From an uncultured Actinomycetota bacterium (GTDB lineage Bacteria; Actinomycetota; Actinomycetes; JAHEKZ01), in contig CAVQYR010000001.1 of the NCBI GenBank assembly GCA_963718235.1, forward strand, positions 2,144,001 to 2,208,000: a stretch of 64,000 bases of DNA, written 5' to 3'. The stretch's first letter is position 1. Each line of letters starts with the position of its first letter. The position numbers and the translations under genes are program-made. The notes below the pieces were generated by a model. That model was not told where the DNA came from. It did not search any database and saw nothing but the letters and a program-made list of their open reading frames with translations. Below, in pieces: positions 34,984 through 46,300 of the stretch.

Positions 34984-36141
34984 CTACGACGCGCGATGGG
35001 GCCTCGGTGCCTGGAGGTGGCCACCCGCGTTGAGCGGGTCGTGAGCGACGATCCCCGGCAGCTGGTCGTGGAAGAACACCTGCGACAACAGCTCCTGGCG
35101 TGAGTGCGTGTCCGTCTTGGTGAACGCCGCCTTGAGGTGGTCCTGCACGGTCCACGGTGAGATGACGAGCCGCTCGGCGATCGCTGCGGTGTCCAGCCCT
35201 CGGGCGACCAGACCGGCCACCTCCTGCTCGCGTGCGGTGAGGCCGAACGCCTCCAGCCGCAGCGGCACCGAGTACTCCTCCCCCGCGCGCTGGACGACGA
35301 CCGCGACCCGGCCTGTCGATGGCTCGTCCGGCAGGGAGCCGTGCAGGGTCAACCACCCCTCGGACGTCGGGATGTGCAGCGGCCGTGCGAAACGCCCCTC
35401 CCGTCCCTGGCGTCGGACCTCCGCGGCCAACGTCAGCACTGGAACGGGGACGCTCCGCTCGATCGGGTCGTCGCGCAGCACGGCGGCGAGCAACGCAGTG
35501 GTCGTCGGGGTGACCAGCTCCACGGCGTCGTGGGGGTCGAGGACCAGCAGTCCCGGCGCGTGGTCCTCGTCGTGCCGTCTGGCGGCATCGAAGCGGTAGG
35601 AGGTGCGCAGTGCCTCGGCGATCGGCCGCGACAGCCGGGCCATGAGGCGGGCGTCCTGCGTGGTGAAGTCGCCGGTGTCCTTGGTGCGGTGCATGACGAC
35701 GCAGCCCCACGCGCGGCCTCGGGTGACCATGGCCACCCGCATCTCGTACGGGGTGCCGATCGGCTCCAGGAACTCCCGGTAGCGAGCGCTTCGCTCGGGG
35801 TGACCCCGCGTCGTCTCGCTGAGGATGCCCACTGGCGTGCGACGCGAGGCCAGGACGGCGAACTGGTTCACGTCGTCGCGCAGGTACTCGCTGGTGACGA
35901 CCGCCTGGGCCGCCCCCTGTTCCGTCTCCGGGGTGAGGAACCCGCCGGTCATCAGCTCCATCGGGTTCGCCGTCGTCAACAGCTTCGTCTCAGGGTCCAG
36001 ACCGTGCCAGCAGGCGGCGTCGACGGGAAAGGCCTGCCGGATCCGCGCGATCAGCTCCTCATGCAGCCTCGCGTAGGGCAGACCGCGAGTGCCGAGGCGC
36101 TCCACCTCGGCCACGAGCCGGTCGCCGTCCGAGCGGGCCAT
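34984..36141 (-). CDS. GAF-like sensor + LuxR HTH regulator
   Basis: LDPETKLLT, SEYLRDDVN, C-terminal GLTAREQEV...TVQDHLK. Confidence 0.88.
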   Translation of the reverse strand: MARSDGDRLVAEVERLGTRGLPYARLHEELIARIRQAFPVDAACWHGLDPETKLLTTANPMELMTGGFLTPETEQGAAQAVVTSEYLRDDVNQFAVLASRRTPVGILSETTRGHPERSARYREFLEPIGTPYEMRVAMVTRGRAWGCVVMHRTKDTGDFTTQDARLMARLSRPIAEALRTSYRFDAARRHDEDHAPGLLVLDPHDAVELVTPTTTALLAAVLRDDPIERSVPVPVLTLAAEVRRQGREGRFARPLHIPTSEGWLTLHGSLPDEPSTGRVAVVVQRAGEEYSVPLRLEAFGLTAREQEVAGLVARGLDTAAIAERLVISPWTVQDHLKAAFTKTDTHSRQELLSQVFFHDQLPGIVAHDPLNAGGHLQAPRPHRAS

Positions 36142-36191
36142 GCGCCCATCGTGCCCCCGCGACGGCGGATCGGCGCCCACATGCACGAAAG

Positions 36192-36210
36192 ATCCCAGAT
36201 CCACGGGGAT
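36192..36210. promoter_or_regulatory. ATCCC-N9-GGGAT inverted repeat, candidate LuxR operator
   Basis: Lies in the divergent intergenic region. Confidence 0.45.
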
Positions 36211-36287
36211 GCCCGAAGCACCCCGGCTCCGGGGACCGTGGAGGTGTCGCAGAACCGCGGCACCGACCACGACCCGAGGAGAACTCC

Positions 36288-36657
36288 ATGACCACCAGCC
36301 CCGTGGACGCTGGGAACCCAGAGCGTCTGCTTCGCCGCCCCACTCCTGCCCGGCACCACGTCGCAGGACCGCGAGGAGATGCTCTCCTGCTGGACCGGCG
36401 AGCGAAGCGACGAGCACACCGCCTCCCGCCGCCGGCACGGCATCACCCGTGAGGCGGTGTGGATCCAGCCCACGCCGGGTGGGGACTTCGCGGTCGTCCT
36501 CCTCGAGGCCGACGACCTGTCGAGCGCACTGCTCGGCATTGCGACCTCGCAGGAGCCGTTCGACGTGTGGTTCCGTGAGCACCTGATGGCCGTGCACGGC
36601 ATGGACCTGGCCCAGGGCATGACCCTGCCCGAGACCGTGCTCGACTACCGCGCCTGA
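36288..36657 (+). CDS. Small hypothetical protein (alpha/beta barrel-like); frameshift near 36313
   Basis: RBS GAGGAG + ATG 36288; FAAPLLPG, SRRRHGITREAVWIQ, FDVWFRE in adjacent frame. Confidence 0.7.
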
Positions 36658-36737
36658 ACATCGGGGGGGGCGCGGGCACCGTCCGCAATCCGTCAGGATG
36701 GGGGCGCGGACGCAGGCACTCGACGTGAGGAGCGGCA

Positions 36738-37541
36738 ATGAGGCTCGAGGGAAAGGTCGCCCTGGTCACGGGCGGGGGGTCGGGGATCGGTGCGGCCACC
36801 GCACGCCGCTTCGCCGCCGAGGGTGCCCAGGTGGTGGTGACCGGTCGGCGCGAAGGACCGCTGCAGGTCGTCGCCGAGGACGTCGGTGGCATCGCAGTCG
36901 CCGGTGACACCGCTGACCCAGCAGCCATCCAGCGCGCCCTCGATTCAGCCGTCGACCGTTTCGGCGGGGTGGACATCCTCGTTGCGGCTGCCGGCATCTC
37001 CCCCGCCGGTGGCATCGTGAACATTCCGGTCGAGGACTGGCGACGGACGTTCGAGACGAACCTCGACGGGCCGATGCTCATGGCCCGGGCCGTCATCCCG
37101 CAGATGATCGAGCGCGGCGGCGGATCGATCGTCCTGGTGAGCAGCACGGCGGCGCTGGCTGCAGCCCCCGCCTCGGCCGCCTACGACGTCTCCAAGGCCG
37201 CAGTCGTGGCCCTCGCCCGGGCGATCGCCGTCGACTACGGACCGCAGGGCGTGCGGGCCAACGCCGTCCTTCCGGGCTGGGTGCGCACGCCGATGGCCGA
37301 TCGCTCCATGGACGCCATGGGCGCGAACAAGGGGTTGAGCCGGGACGACGCGTACGCCCTGGCGACCTCGCAGGTCCCGCTGCGTCGACCCGCGACGGCG
37401 GAGGAGCTGGCCGACTGCTGCCTGTTCCTGGCCAGCGACGAGGCGCGCTACGTCAGCGGCACGTCGCTCATCGCGGACGGCGGCGGGTTGGCGGTCGAGC
37501 TCACGTCCACCGAGTTCACGATGGGTGGACAGTCCTACTGA
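36738..37541 (+). CDS. SDR-family oxidoreductase
   Basis: TGGGSGIG, YDVSK, PG motifs. Confidence 0.93.
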   Translation: MRLEGKVALVTGGGSGIGAATARRFAAEGAQVVVTGRREGPLQVVAEDVGGIAVAGDTADPAAIQRALDSAVDRFGGVDILVAAAGISPAGGIVNIPVEDWRRTFETNLDGPMLMARAVIPQMIERGGGSIVLVSSTAALAAAPASAAYDVSKAAVVALARAIAVDYGPQGVRANAVLPGWVRTPMADRSMDAMGANKGLSRDDAYALATSQVPLRRPATAEELADCCLFLASDEARYVSGTSLIADGGGLAVELTSTEFTMGGQSY

Positions 37542-37586
37542 CCGTTCGGGCTAACCCTGCGGCGCCACCCTGCCGATGCCTCCACC

Positions 37587-39086
37587 GTGGCACCCTCCGC
37601 ACCATCAGGCGGCGGGCCTTCCGGCACGCCTGAGGACCCCGCGCCCCCTGGCACCCCGGCCGTGCGTGCCCGCACGCTCAGCTTCGGCCGCCTCGGAGTG
37701 GTGCTGGTGGTCGCCGTTGTCACCGCGCTGGCGTCGGCCGCGGGCGCCGTCGCCTCCTTCGCGGCCGGGGACGCCGACCCGCTCGAGCCGCTCACCCTGC
37801 AGCTCGGACCGATCGACATCGCCCTGGCCGGCGGCAGGCCGTCGACGGACCTGCTGCTGGCTGCCCTGCTAACGATGGTCAGCATCGCCGCCGGGGCCGT
37901 GGCGTTGGAGGCGGCGGGGGCCATCCGGCTGCTGCGCAGCCAGGACCGACGCCAGCTCATCGCCGTCATGCCCAGCCCCCTGCGCTCCCCCACGGGCCGG
38001 CCGGTCCGGATCACCGTCCTCATCCCGGCGCACGACGAGGAGGCGCGGCTGGCGACGACGCTCGCCACCTTGCGCGAGCAGCACCGCCTGCCCGACCGCA
38101 TCGTCGTCGTGGCTGACAACTGCACCGACGCCACCGTGCCGATCGCCCGCGAGTTCGGTGTCGAGGTGTTCGAGACCCTCGGCAACACCCACCGCAAAGG
38201 TGGAGCGCTGAACCAGGCGCTGGCGTGGCTGCTGCCGACCCTCGGCGCGGACGATGCGGTGATGGTCATGGACGCCGACACCACGCTCGGCCCCGACTAC
38301 CTCGCCACGGCCGCCCGCTGCCTCGACGAGGACCCGACGCTGGAGGCTGTCGGCGGGCTCTTCTTCGGCGAGCCCCTCCCCGGACTGCTCGGGCTGCTGC
38401 AGCGCAACGAGTACACGCGCTACTCCCGTGAGATTGCGCGGCGGAGCGGTCGGGTCTTCGTGCTCACCGGTACGGCGTCGGTGTTCCGCGCGGAGTCGTT
38501 GCGCGCCGTGGCGCAGGCGCGCGGCGTGTGCCTGCCCGGCGGCAGCGACCAGGTCTACGACACCAGCTCGCTGACGGAGGACAACGAGCTGACCATCGCG
38601 CTGAAGTCGCTGGGCTCGCCGATGCGCTCGCCTCGCGGCTGCTCGGTGGTCACCGAGCTGATGCCCACGTGGCGCAACCTGTGGCGTCAGCGGCTGCGGT
38701 GGCAGCGCGGCGCCCTGGAGAACGTCGCGGCCTACGGCATCACGACCGCGACCGCGCGCTACTGGGCGCAGCAGGTGGGCATCGCCTACGGGGCGATCGC
38801 CCTGTACTCCTACCTGTTCCTCATGACCGTCACGTTGCTGGCGGCCGACCAGCTGGTGCTGTTCGTCTTCTGGTGCGTGCTGGGCCTGGTCTTCGTCGCC
38901 GAGCGCACGGTCACCGTGTGGGAGGGCGGCTGGCGGGCTCGTCTGCTGGCGGCGTCGATCCTGCCCGAGCTGCTGTACGCGGCGTTCCTGCAGGCGGTGT
39001 TCGTGCGCGGACTGTTCGACATCCTCGTCGCGCGGCGCGCCTCGTGGGGGCACGTGCAGCACCCCGTGGGCGGGGCGACGGCATGA
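37587..39086 (+). CDS. Processive GT2 glycosyltransferase (PgaC/cellulose synthase-like)
   Basis: IPAHDE, DNCTD, KGGALN, DAD, TED, QRLRW plus TM helices. Confidence 0.9.
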   Translation: MAPSAPSGGGPSGTPEDPAPPGTPAVRARTLSFGRLGVVLVVAVVTALASAAGAVASFAAGDADPLEPLTLQLGPIDIALAGGRPSTDLLLAALLTMVSIAAGAVALEAAGAIRLLRSQDRRQLIAVMPSPLRSPTGRPVRITVLIPAHDEEARLATTLATLREQHRLPDRIVVVADNCTDATVPIAREFGVEVFETLGNTHRKGGALNQALAWLLPTLGADDAVMVMDADTTLGPDYLATAARCLDEDPTLEAVGGLFFGEPLPGLLGLLQRNEYTRYSREIARRSGRVFVLTGTASVFRAESLRAVAQARGVCLPGGSDQVYDTSSLTEDNELTIALKSLGSPMRSPRGCSVVTELMPTWRNLWRQRLRWQRGALENVAAYGITTATARYWAQQVGIAYGAIALYSYLFLMTVTLLAADQLVLFVFWCVLGLVFVAERTVTVWEGGWRARLLAASILPELLYAAFLQAVFVRGLFDILVARRASWGHVQHPVGGATA

Positions 39087-39487
39087 GTGCGCAGGTGGGT
39101 GGCATCGTCTTGTCGCCGGAGGTCTTCCAGACGGCCTGGTTCGAGCTCCTCGCGGGGTTCGTGGCCTTCAACACCCTCATCTACGTCGGGCTGACCCTGG
39201 CCAAGCTCATCCCGTGGCCCCAGGTGATGCGCCCGGTGGAGGTGCGAGCCCGCCTCGAGCGAACGCTGCGTCGCCCGGTGGACCCGGCCCGATCGGCAGC
39301 GGCGACCCTCCCCCAGGCGACCAAGGGTGGTCCCGGCACCGTGTCGAACCGTCTGCCCCTCGACGAGAGGCATGACGCAGTCAGACGGCCCGGGCTCAGG
39401 GCTCCAGGTGGGCCAGGAGATCCAGCCGATGCTGGAGGTCGGCCGTCAGCGCCTCCACGTCCGGGACGAGCTCAGGATCGACCATGA
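39083..39487 (+). CDS. Small membrane protein coupled to GT2 (3' end uncertain)
   Basis: ATGA overlap; WFELLAGFVAFNTLIYVGLTLAKLIP hydrophobic segment. Confidence 0.65.
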   Translation: MSAQVGGIVLSPEVFQTAWFELLAGFVAFNTLIYVGLTLAKLIPWPQVMRPVEVRARLERTLRRPVDPARSAAATLPQATKGGPGTVSNRLPLDERHDAVRRPGLRAPGGPGDPADAGGRPSAPPRPGRAQDRP

Positions 39488-40704
39488 CGGTCACCACCAG
39501 CTGACCTGCGTACGACATCGCGGTGAAGCCGACGGACACGTTCCCGTAGACGCCACTGATGGGGATCATCCGCGTGACCGGCTGACCGAGGACCCGGACC
39601 TCCTGCGCTGGACCTGTGACGTTGCTGACAATGGTGTTGATCATCCGCTGGTGGTCCATGAACCAGCGCATGAGACCCAACCCGGCCAACGCTCGGAACG
39701 CCGGCTCCACGACCTGCGAGCTCGCGCCGGACGCCGACGCCTTGCGCGCTCGGACGATGCGCGAGACGTGGCGCAGATGCACTCCCGGATCGTCGTCGGC
39801 CGCTGGCACCGGCAGCAGTACCGGCATCACGCCCACCTGGTTGCCGAGCGCCGCTTCGCCAGCGCTGCGCTGCGAGACCGGGATCGAGATGGAGAGCTGC
39901 GCGACGTCGTCCCCGCGTCGTCGAAGTGCCCGCCCCATCGCCGAGACGACGGCGGCCAGGAGCGCGTCGTTGACGGTGGCGTCGCACGCGTGCGCCCCTG
40001 CTCGAACCGCATCGAGGGGCACCTGGGCCGTCGCGAGGGCACGCCGACTGCCCGTAGCCCGGTTGATGGCGGTGTCCACAGCACGGGGAGGGGCCGCACG
40101 CATCTCCTTGACCGCGTCGATCAGTCGATGCGCGCCGCTGGGGAGTCGTCGAACCGCGCCAGCGCGTCGACTCCAGGCATCCCGGGCCAGCTCACCGCTG
40201 GAGGGTGCCCGACGAGGGGTGCGCGATCCCTTCGGTGGCGGCCCGGCCAACGCCTCCAGCAGGGCGAGCCCGCCCACACCGTCGACCACGACGTGCTCGA
40301 CGACGACGATGACGGCCGCCCGTCCCTGTGCGAGCCCCCGCACGACCGTGACGTTCCACGGAGGGCGCATCTTCGGCAGGGGCGCTGTCACGGCTCGGAG
40401 GGCAGCGGTGAGCAAGGCCGGCTCGTCGCCGGGGGGTGCGGCGTCGACGACGTGAGCGTGGCGACTGAGCGTCGAAGTGGGGTGCATCGGCCCAGTAGGC
40501 ACGGCCGCACCCGATCGGAGCGGGACGCAGGACCTGTCGCAGGCGCGGGATCCCGGCCAGCCGCTGGGCTGCCTCGCTGGCCACCTCGTCTGCGTCGAAG
40601 CCCGGACCCGGCTCGAGGACGAGCACGCTGGCGATCTGCGGCGGGAGCGGCCCCACGTCGGTGGCCCGCTGCATCAGGTCGTTCGCACTCGCCCGCTCGA
40701 TCAC
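39396..40704 (-). CDS. Wax ester synthase/diacylglycerol acyltransferase; frameshift near 40468
   Basis: PRLRQ, PPW, EHVVVDGVGG, ATVNDALL, GNQVG, VSNVTGP, MSYAG. Confidence 0.85.
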
Positions 40705-40841
40705 CCCCCAAGAGTGTCACCGGGCGGACACCTGGGCGTCATCTGCGACTACGCGGATTCATCACATCATCGGGGTGCCGGCTGGCTGCCTGACGGTAGA
40801 GCCCCGATACTGGGCCCCCACGACATCACGGAAGGTGGCCC

Positions 40842-43331
40842 ATGGCGGAACGTAGTGTCCTGCCGATCCCGGACGAGCCGTACGACGGCCCCGTCTTCGA
40901 CGACGCGAAGGACCCGCGGGCCCGGTTCGAGCCGATCCAGCCGCTGCGGCCACCCCAGGGCGCACCGAACGTGCTGGTGATCCTGCTCGACGACGTCGGC
41001 TTCGGCGCCGCCAGCGCGTTCGGCGGCCCGTGCCGGACCCCCACGGCCGAACGACTGGCCCAGCAGGGCCTGTCGTACACCCGCTTCCACACCACGGCTC
41101 TGTGCGCACCCACCCGGCAGGCGCTGCTCACCGGGCGCAACCACCACGCTGTCGGCATGGGGGCGATCACCGAGATCGCGACGTCTGCCCCTGGCTACAC
41201 GTCGGTGCGGCCGAACACGATGGCGCCGCTGGCGGAGGTGCTGAAGCTCAACGGCTACGCCACCGCGCAGTTCGGCAAGTGCCACGAGGTCCCCGTCTGG
41301 CAGACCAGCCCGGTGGGTCCGTTCGACGCGTGGCCGACGGGCGGCGGCGGCTTCGAGCACTTCTTCGGCTTCCTCGGTGGCGAGACCAACCAGTACTACC
41401 CCGCCCTGTACGAGGGCACGTCGCCGATCGAGCCCGACCGCAGCCCCGACGAGGGCTACCACTTCACCGAGGACATGACCGACCGGGCGATCGGCTGGGT
41501 CCGTCAGCGGGCGGCCCTGACGCCGGACCGTCCGTTCTTCATGTACTTCGCTCCTGGGGCGACCCACGCCCCGCACCACGTACCGCTGGACTGGGCCGAC
41601 AAGTACCACGGGGCCTTCGACGACGGCTGGGACGCCCTGCGGCAACGTACCTTCGAACGCCAGAAGGAGCTCGGAGTCGTGCCGCCCGAGGCCGAGCTCA
41701 CAGCACGGCATGAGGAGATCCCCGCCTGGGACGACATGCCCGACGAGCTCAAGCCCGTGCTGGCCCGCCAGATGGAGGTGTACGCCGGGTTCCTCGAGCA
41801 CACCGACCACCACATCGGCCGACTGGTCGACTCCCTCGACGAGCTCGGCGAGCTCGACAACACGCTGGTCTTCTACATCATCGGTGACAACGGCGCGTCG
41901 GCAGAGGGACACATCAACGGCAGCTTCAACGAGTACCTGTTCTTCAACGGTGCAGCGGCCATGGAGACCCCGCAGTTCCTCGAGTCACGCATGGACCAGC
42001 TGGGCACGCCGCAGGCCTACAACCACTTCTCGGTCGGCTGGGCGCACGCGATGGACACGCCGTACCAGTGGACCAAGCAGGTCGCGTCGCACTGGGGCGG
42101 CACCCGCAACGGCACGGTCGTCCACTGGCCCCACGGGATCTCGGCAGTCGGCAGTGTCCGCAACCAGTTCCACCACGTCATCGACGTCGCCCCGACCGTG
42201 CTCGAGGCGGCCGGGCTCCCCCACCCCACGCACGTCAACGGGGTGGCGCAGGCGCCGCTGCAGGGGGTCAGCATGGGGTACTCGTTCGGCGACGCGGACG
42301 CGGCGGAGCGCCATCCGACCCAGTACTTCGAGATCGGCGGCAACCGCGGGATCTACCACGAGGGGTGGACGGCGGTCACCAAGCACGCCACCCCCTGGAT
42401 TGCGTCCGGTGAGCTGCCGGCGTTCGCTGACGACGTCTGGGAGCTGTACGCACCGGACGACTGGACCCAGGCACACGACCTGGCGGCCGAGCAGCCCGAG
42501 CGGCTGGCTCAGCTGCAGGGGGTCTTCCTCGAGGAGGCCCGCAGGTACGGCGTGCTGCCGCTGGACGACCGCCGGGTCGAGCGGTTCGATGCCGCGATCG
42601 CCGGGCGCCCTCAGCTGATCACGGGAACGTCGCAGACGCTGTACGCCGGTATGGGCCGCCTGACCGAGGCGGTGGTGCTCAACATCAAGAACACCTCGCA
42701 CGCGGTCGCGGCCGAGATCGAGGTGCCCGAGGGCGGGGCCAGCGGGGTCATGGTCGCGCAGGGCGGGGCCTTCGGCGGATGGAGCCTGTACCTACGCGAC
42801 GACGGCGTCCCGGCGTACTGCTACAACCTGCTCGGCATGCAGCTGACCAAGGTGGCGGGCTCGACACCACTGACGTCCGGCACGCACCGGGTGGTGATGG
42901 CGTTTGACTACGACGGCGGCGGTCCCGGTCTGGGTGGTCAGGTGCGCCTGCTCGTCGACGGCGAGCAGATGGCCGAGGCTCGGCTCGAGCGCACGGTGCC
43001 GCTGGTGTTCTCCCTGGACGAGACCACCGACGTCGGACGTGACACGGCCTCGCCGGTCAGCGACGACTACACGGCTGAGTCCAGCGAGTTCACCGGCACG
43101 ATTCACCAGGTCCGCATCGAGATCGCGGCTGGCACGACCGACTTCCGTCACCTCATCGATCCGGAGCACCGACTCGCCGTCGCCCGCGCCCGTCTACCAG
43201 CGGTCCCAGGACCCCGCCGGGTCGCGGCCCCGGCGTCGGCCCGGATGGCCGACTCATGGGGTCCTCGAGGGGGCCGGGATCACCTAGTCTCCGGTGGTGG
43301 CGACTTGTCCGGCGTGTGGGTTCGTCCTTGA
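40842..43331 (+). CDS. Arylsulfatase (Cys-type, formylglycine-dependent); natural end probably near 43195
   Basis: LDDVGF, CAPTR, GKCH, GATHAPHH, DNGAS. Confidence 0.92.
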   Translation: MAERSVLPIPDEPYDGPVFDDAKDPRARFEPIQPLRPPQGAPNVLVILLDDVGFGAASAFGGPCRTPTAERLAQQGLSYTRFHTTALCAPTRQALLTGRNHHAVGMGAITEIATSAPGYTSVRPNTMAPLAEVLKLNGYATAQFGKCHEVPVWQTSPVGPFDAWPTGGGGFEHFFGFLGGETNQYYPALYEGTSPIEPDRSPDEGYHFTEDMTDRAIGWVRQRAALTPDRPFFMYFAPGATHAPHHVPLDWADKYHGAFDDGWDALRQRTFERQKELGVVPPEAELTARHEEIPAWDDMPDELKPVLARQMEVYAGFLEHTDHHIGRLVDSLDELGELDNTLVFYIIGDNGASAEGHINGSFNEYLFFNGAAAMETPQFLESRMDQLGTPQAYNHFSVGWAHAMDTPYQWTKQVASHWGGTRNGTVVHWPHGISAVGSVRNQFHHVIDVAPTVLEAAGLPHPTHVNGVAQAPLQGVSMGYSFGDADAAERHPTQYFEIGGNRGIYHEGWTAVTKHATPWIASGELPAFADDVWELYAPDDWTQAHDLAAEQPERLAQLQGVFLEEARRYGVLPLDDRRVERFDAAIAGRPQLITGTSQTLYAGMGRLTEAVVLNIKNTSHAVAAEIEVPEGGASGVMVAQGGAFGGWSLYLRDDGVPAYCYNLLGMQLTKVAGSTPLTSGTHRVVMAFDYDGGGPGLGGQVRLLVDGEQMAEARLERTVPLVFSLDETTDVGRDTASPVSDDYTAESSEFTGTIHQVRIEIAAGTTDFRHLIDPEHRLAVARARLPAVPGPRRVAAPASARMADSWGPRGGRDHLVSGGGDLSGVWVRP

Positions 43332-46300
43332 GGGCGGTTTCAAGTTCTGCCCGGAGTGCGCAACGCCGATCAGCGCTTCTTCGACACGGCCGGTGTTGGA
43401 GGAGCGCAAGGTCGTGACCGCTTTGTTCTGCGATCTGGTGGGGTTCACGGCGTTGTCGGAGTCAGCGGATCCGGAGGATGTGAATCGGATGCTGACTGAC
43501 TACTACGTGGTCGCGCGGGCGGCGATCGAGGCGTTCGGTGGGGTGGTGCAGAAGTTCATCGGGGACGCGGTCGTGGGGGTGTTCGGGGTTCCGGCAGCAC
43601 ATGAGGACGACGCTGAGCGGGCGGTGCGGGCGGGACTGCGGATCGTCGATCACTCCGAGCGGCTGACTGCTGTCGGTGGCGGGTCGCTGCTGCTGCGGGT
43701 GGGGATCAACACCGGCCAGGCGTTGGTGCAGCTGGATGTGACACCCGGGTCGGGTGAAGGTTTCCTGACCGGGGATTCGATCAACACCGCGTCGCGGATC
43801 CAGTCGCTGGCCCCGGTGGGTGGGGTGGCGGTGGGGCAGACCACGTTCGACGCCACGTCGGCGGTCTTCGAGTACGACCGGCTGGAACCAGAGCGGGTGA
43901 AGGGCAAGTCGCAGCCGGTCGCGGTGTTCCACGCGAAGGCACCGCTGGCCCGGCTCGGTACCGATGTGACTCGCACTCACGACTCACCATTTGTGGGGCG
44001 GGAGATCGACCTGGCGTTGATGAAAGGGATCTTCGACAAGACGCTCGCCGCGGCGTCGCCGCAGATGGTGACCGTGGTCGGCGAGCCTGGCCTGGGCAAG
44101 TCCCGGATCGTCGCGGAGCTGTTCGACTACCTCGATGACCGTGCGGAGTTGGTGACCTGGCGGCAGGGCCGCTGTCTGCCCTACGGCGAGGGGATCACGT
44201 TCTGGCCGTTGGGCGAGATCGTCAAGGCCCACGCCGGGATCCTGGAAACCGACCCTCCCGGCGTGGCCATCAGCAAGCTGGACGTGGTGCTGCCGGAAGG
44301 GGACGAGCGGGTCTGGTTTCGGCAGCGCATCCTGCCGCTGCTGGGCATCGAGGCGACTTCGAGGGCGGAGCGGGCGGAGTTGTTCACCGCGTGGCGACGC
44401 TTCCTAGAACACATCGCGGAGGCGGATCCGACCGTGATCGTGTTCGAGGATCTGCACTGGGCCGACGAGGCGATGCTGGCGTTCATCGAACAGCTGGCTG
44501 ACCGGGCCGAAGCCGTCTCGCTGCTGGTGGTGGGAACGGCGCGTCCGGAGCTGTTCGAACATCACCCCGACTACGCCGCCGGGCTGCGCAACACCAGCAC
44601 CATCAACTTGGCCCCGTTGAGTGAAGCCGAAACCGCCCGATTGGTGTCGGGCTTGCTGGACGCGACGGTGATCCCGGTCGAGCTGCAGCGACCGATACTG
44701 GATCGCGCCGGCGGCAACCCCCTCTACGTCGAGGAGTTCGTCCGGCTGCTGCAAGACCGCGACCTGATCGTGGCGAAGGGGTCCGTCTGGGAGCTGCGGG
44801 AAGGCGCGCAGGTGCCTTTCCCGGACTCGGTTCAGGCGCTGATCGCGGCCCGCCTGGACACCCTCAGCCCGGACGTGAAGTCGCTGCTGGCCGATGCCGC
44901 GGTGGTGGGGAAGGTGTTCTGGGCCGGCGCAGTCACGGCGATGTCCGGGCGTCAGGCGTCCGAGGTGGCGGAGGTGTTGCGGGAGCTGTCCCACAAGAAG
45001 CTGGTCCGGCCGGCCCGGCAGTCGTCGATGGCCGGTGAGACGGAGTACAGCTTCTGGCATGTCCTGACCCGCGACGTCGCCTACGCCCAACTACCCCGGG
45101 CGTCGCGGGCGGCCCGGCACGTCGCGGCGGCGCGGTGGATCGAGTCCAAAGCCGGAGCTCGGGTGGAGGACTTGGCCGATGCATTGGCTTACCACTACGC
45201 CACTGCCCACACCCTCGCCGTCGCCGCCGGCGACACCAACCTCGCGGCCGAGCTGGAAGCCCCGGCATTCCGATTCCTCACCCTGGCCGGTGACCGGGCC
45301 GTCGGCCTGGACACCGCCGCCGCCGTCGCCGCGTTCGAACAAGCCCTCGCAATGACCCCGCCCGGGCACCCCGACCGGGCCGCCGCGCTGGTCCGGTTCG
45401 GATGGGCCGCCTTGCAGGCAACCCGATACGACGATGCCGCCGCCTCAGTGGAGGAAGCCATCACCGGGTTCCGGGCGGCCGGGGACCTGCTCGCCGCCGC
45501 CGCCGCGATGGGACAGCTCGCCACCGTGCTCCAACGGCTCGGCGATCCCCGTCAATGGACGCTCCCCGCGGAGGCGGTCACGTTGCTGGCCCCACTACCG
45601 CCCAGCCGGGAACTGGTCCAGGCGCTCACCCACGTGGCCGCAGACGAGTATCTGCAGGGCCGACCGGAGGCCGCGATCGGCTTCGCCGACCAGGCGCTGG
45701 CACTGGCCGACCAGATGGACTTGCCCCTGCCCGTGACCGCCCTGAGCTACCGCGGCGGTGCCCGCGCAAGTTTGGGTGACCGGGACGGGTTGACCGACTT
45801 CCAGCACGCCCTCGACCTGGCGACCGCCGCCGGGCAAGCGCACAACGTCGCCATGCTCCACAACAACTACGGGCTCGACCTGTGGCCGTTCGAGGGGGCC
45901 ACCGCCGCGCTGGAGATCATGCGGGCCGGCATCGCGTATGCCAGCCCCCGCGGCCTCACCAGCCTGACCAGCCTGATGAAGGCGTCCTCGTTGTCGTTGC
46001 TGTTCGACACCGGCGGGCACAACGAAGCCCTCGACCTTGCCGTAGACCTCGCCGCGCAGTTCGAGGCGGCCGGGAACATGGGCGACCTGACCGAGGTCCG
46101 GGCCATCCAAACCCGGATCCTCACCCTCCGTGGACAACCGGACCGGGTCGCCGGCTGGCTGGACTGGTTGGTAACCACCACCCGCGACGCCGGCGACACC
46201 CAGGTAGTCGTGCTGTGCTTCGCCGCCGCTGCCGCCACCCATACCGTCCTCGGCCACCGTGAACCCGCCGCCGCGTTGCTGGCCGAGGTCGACACCACCC

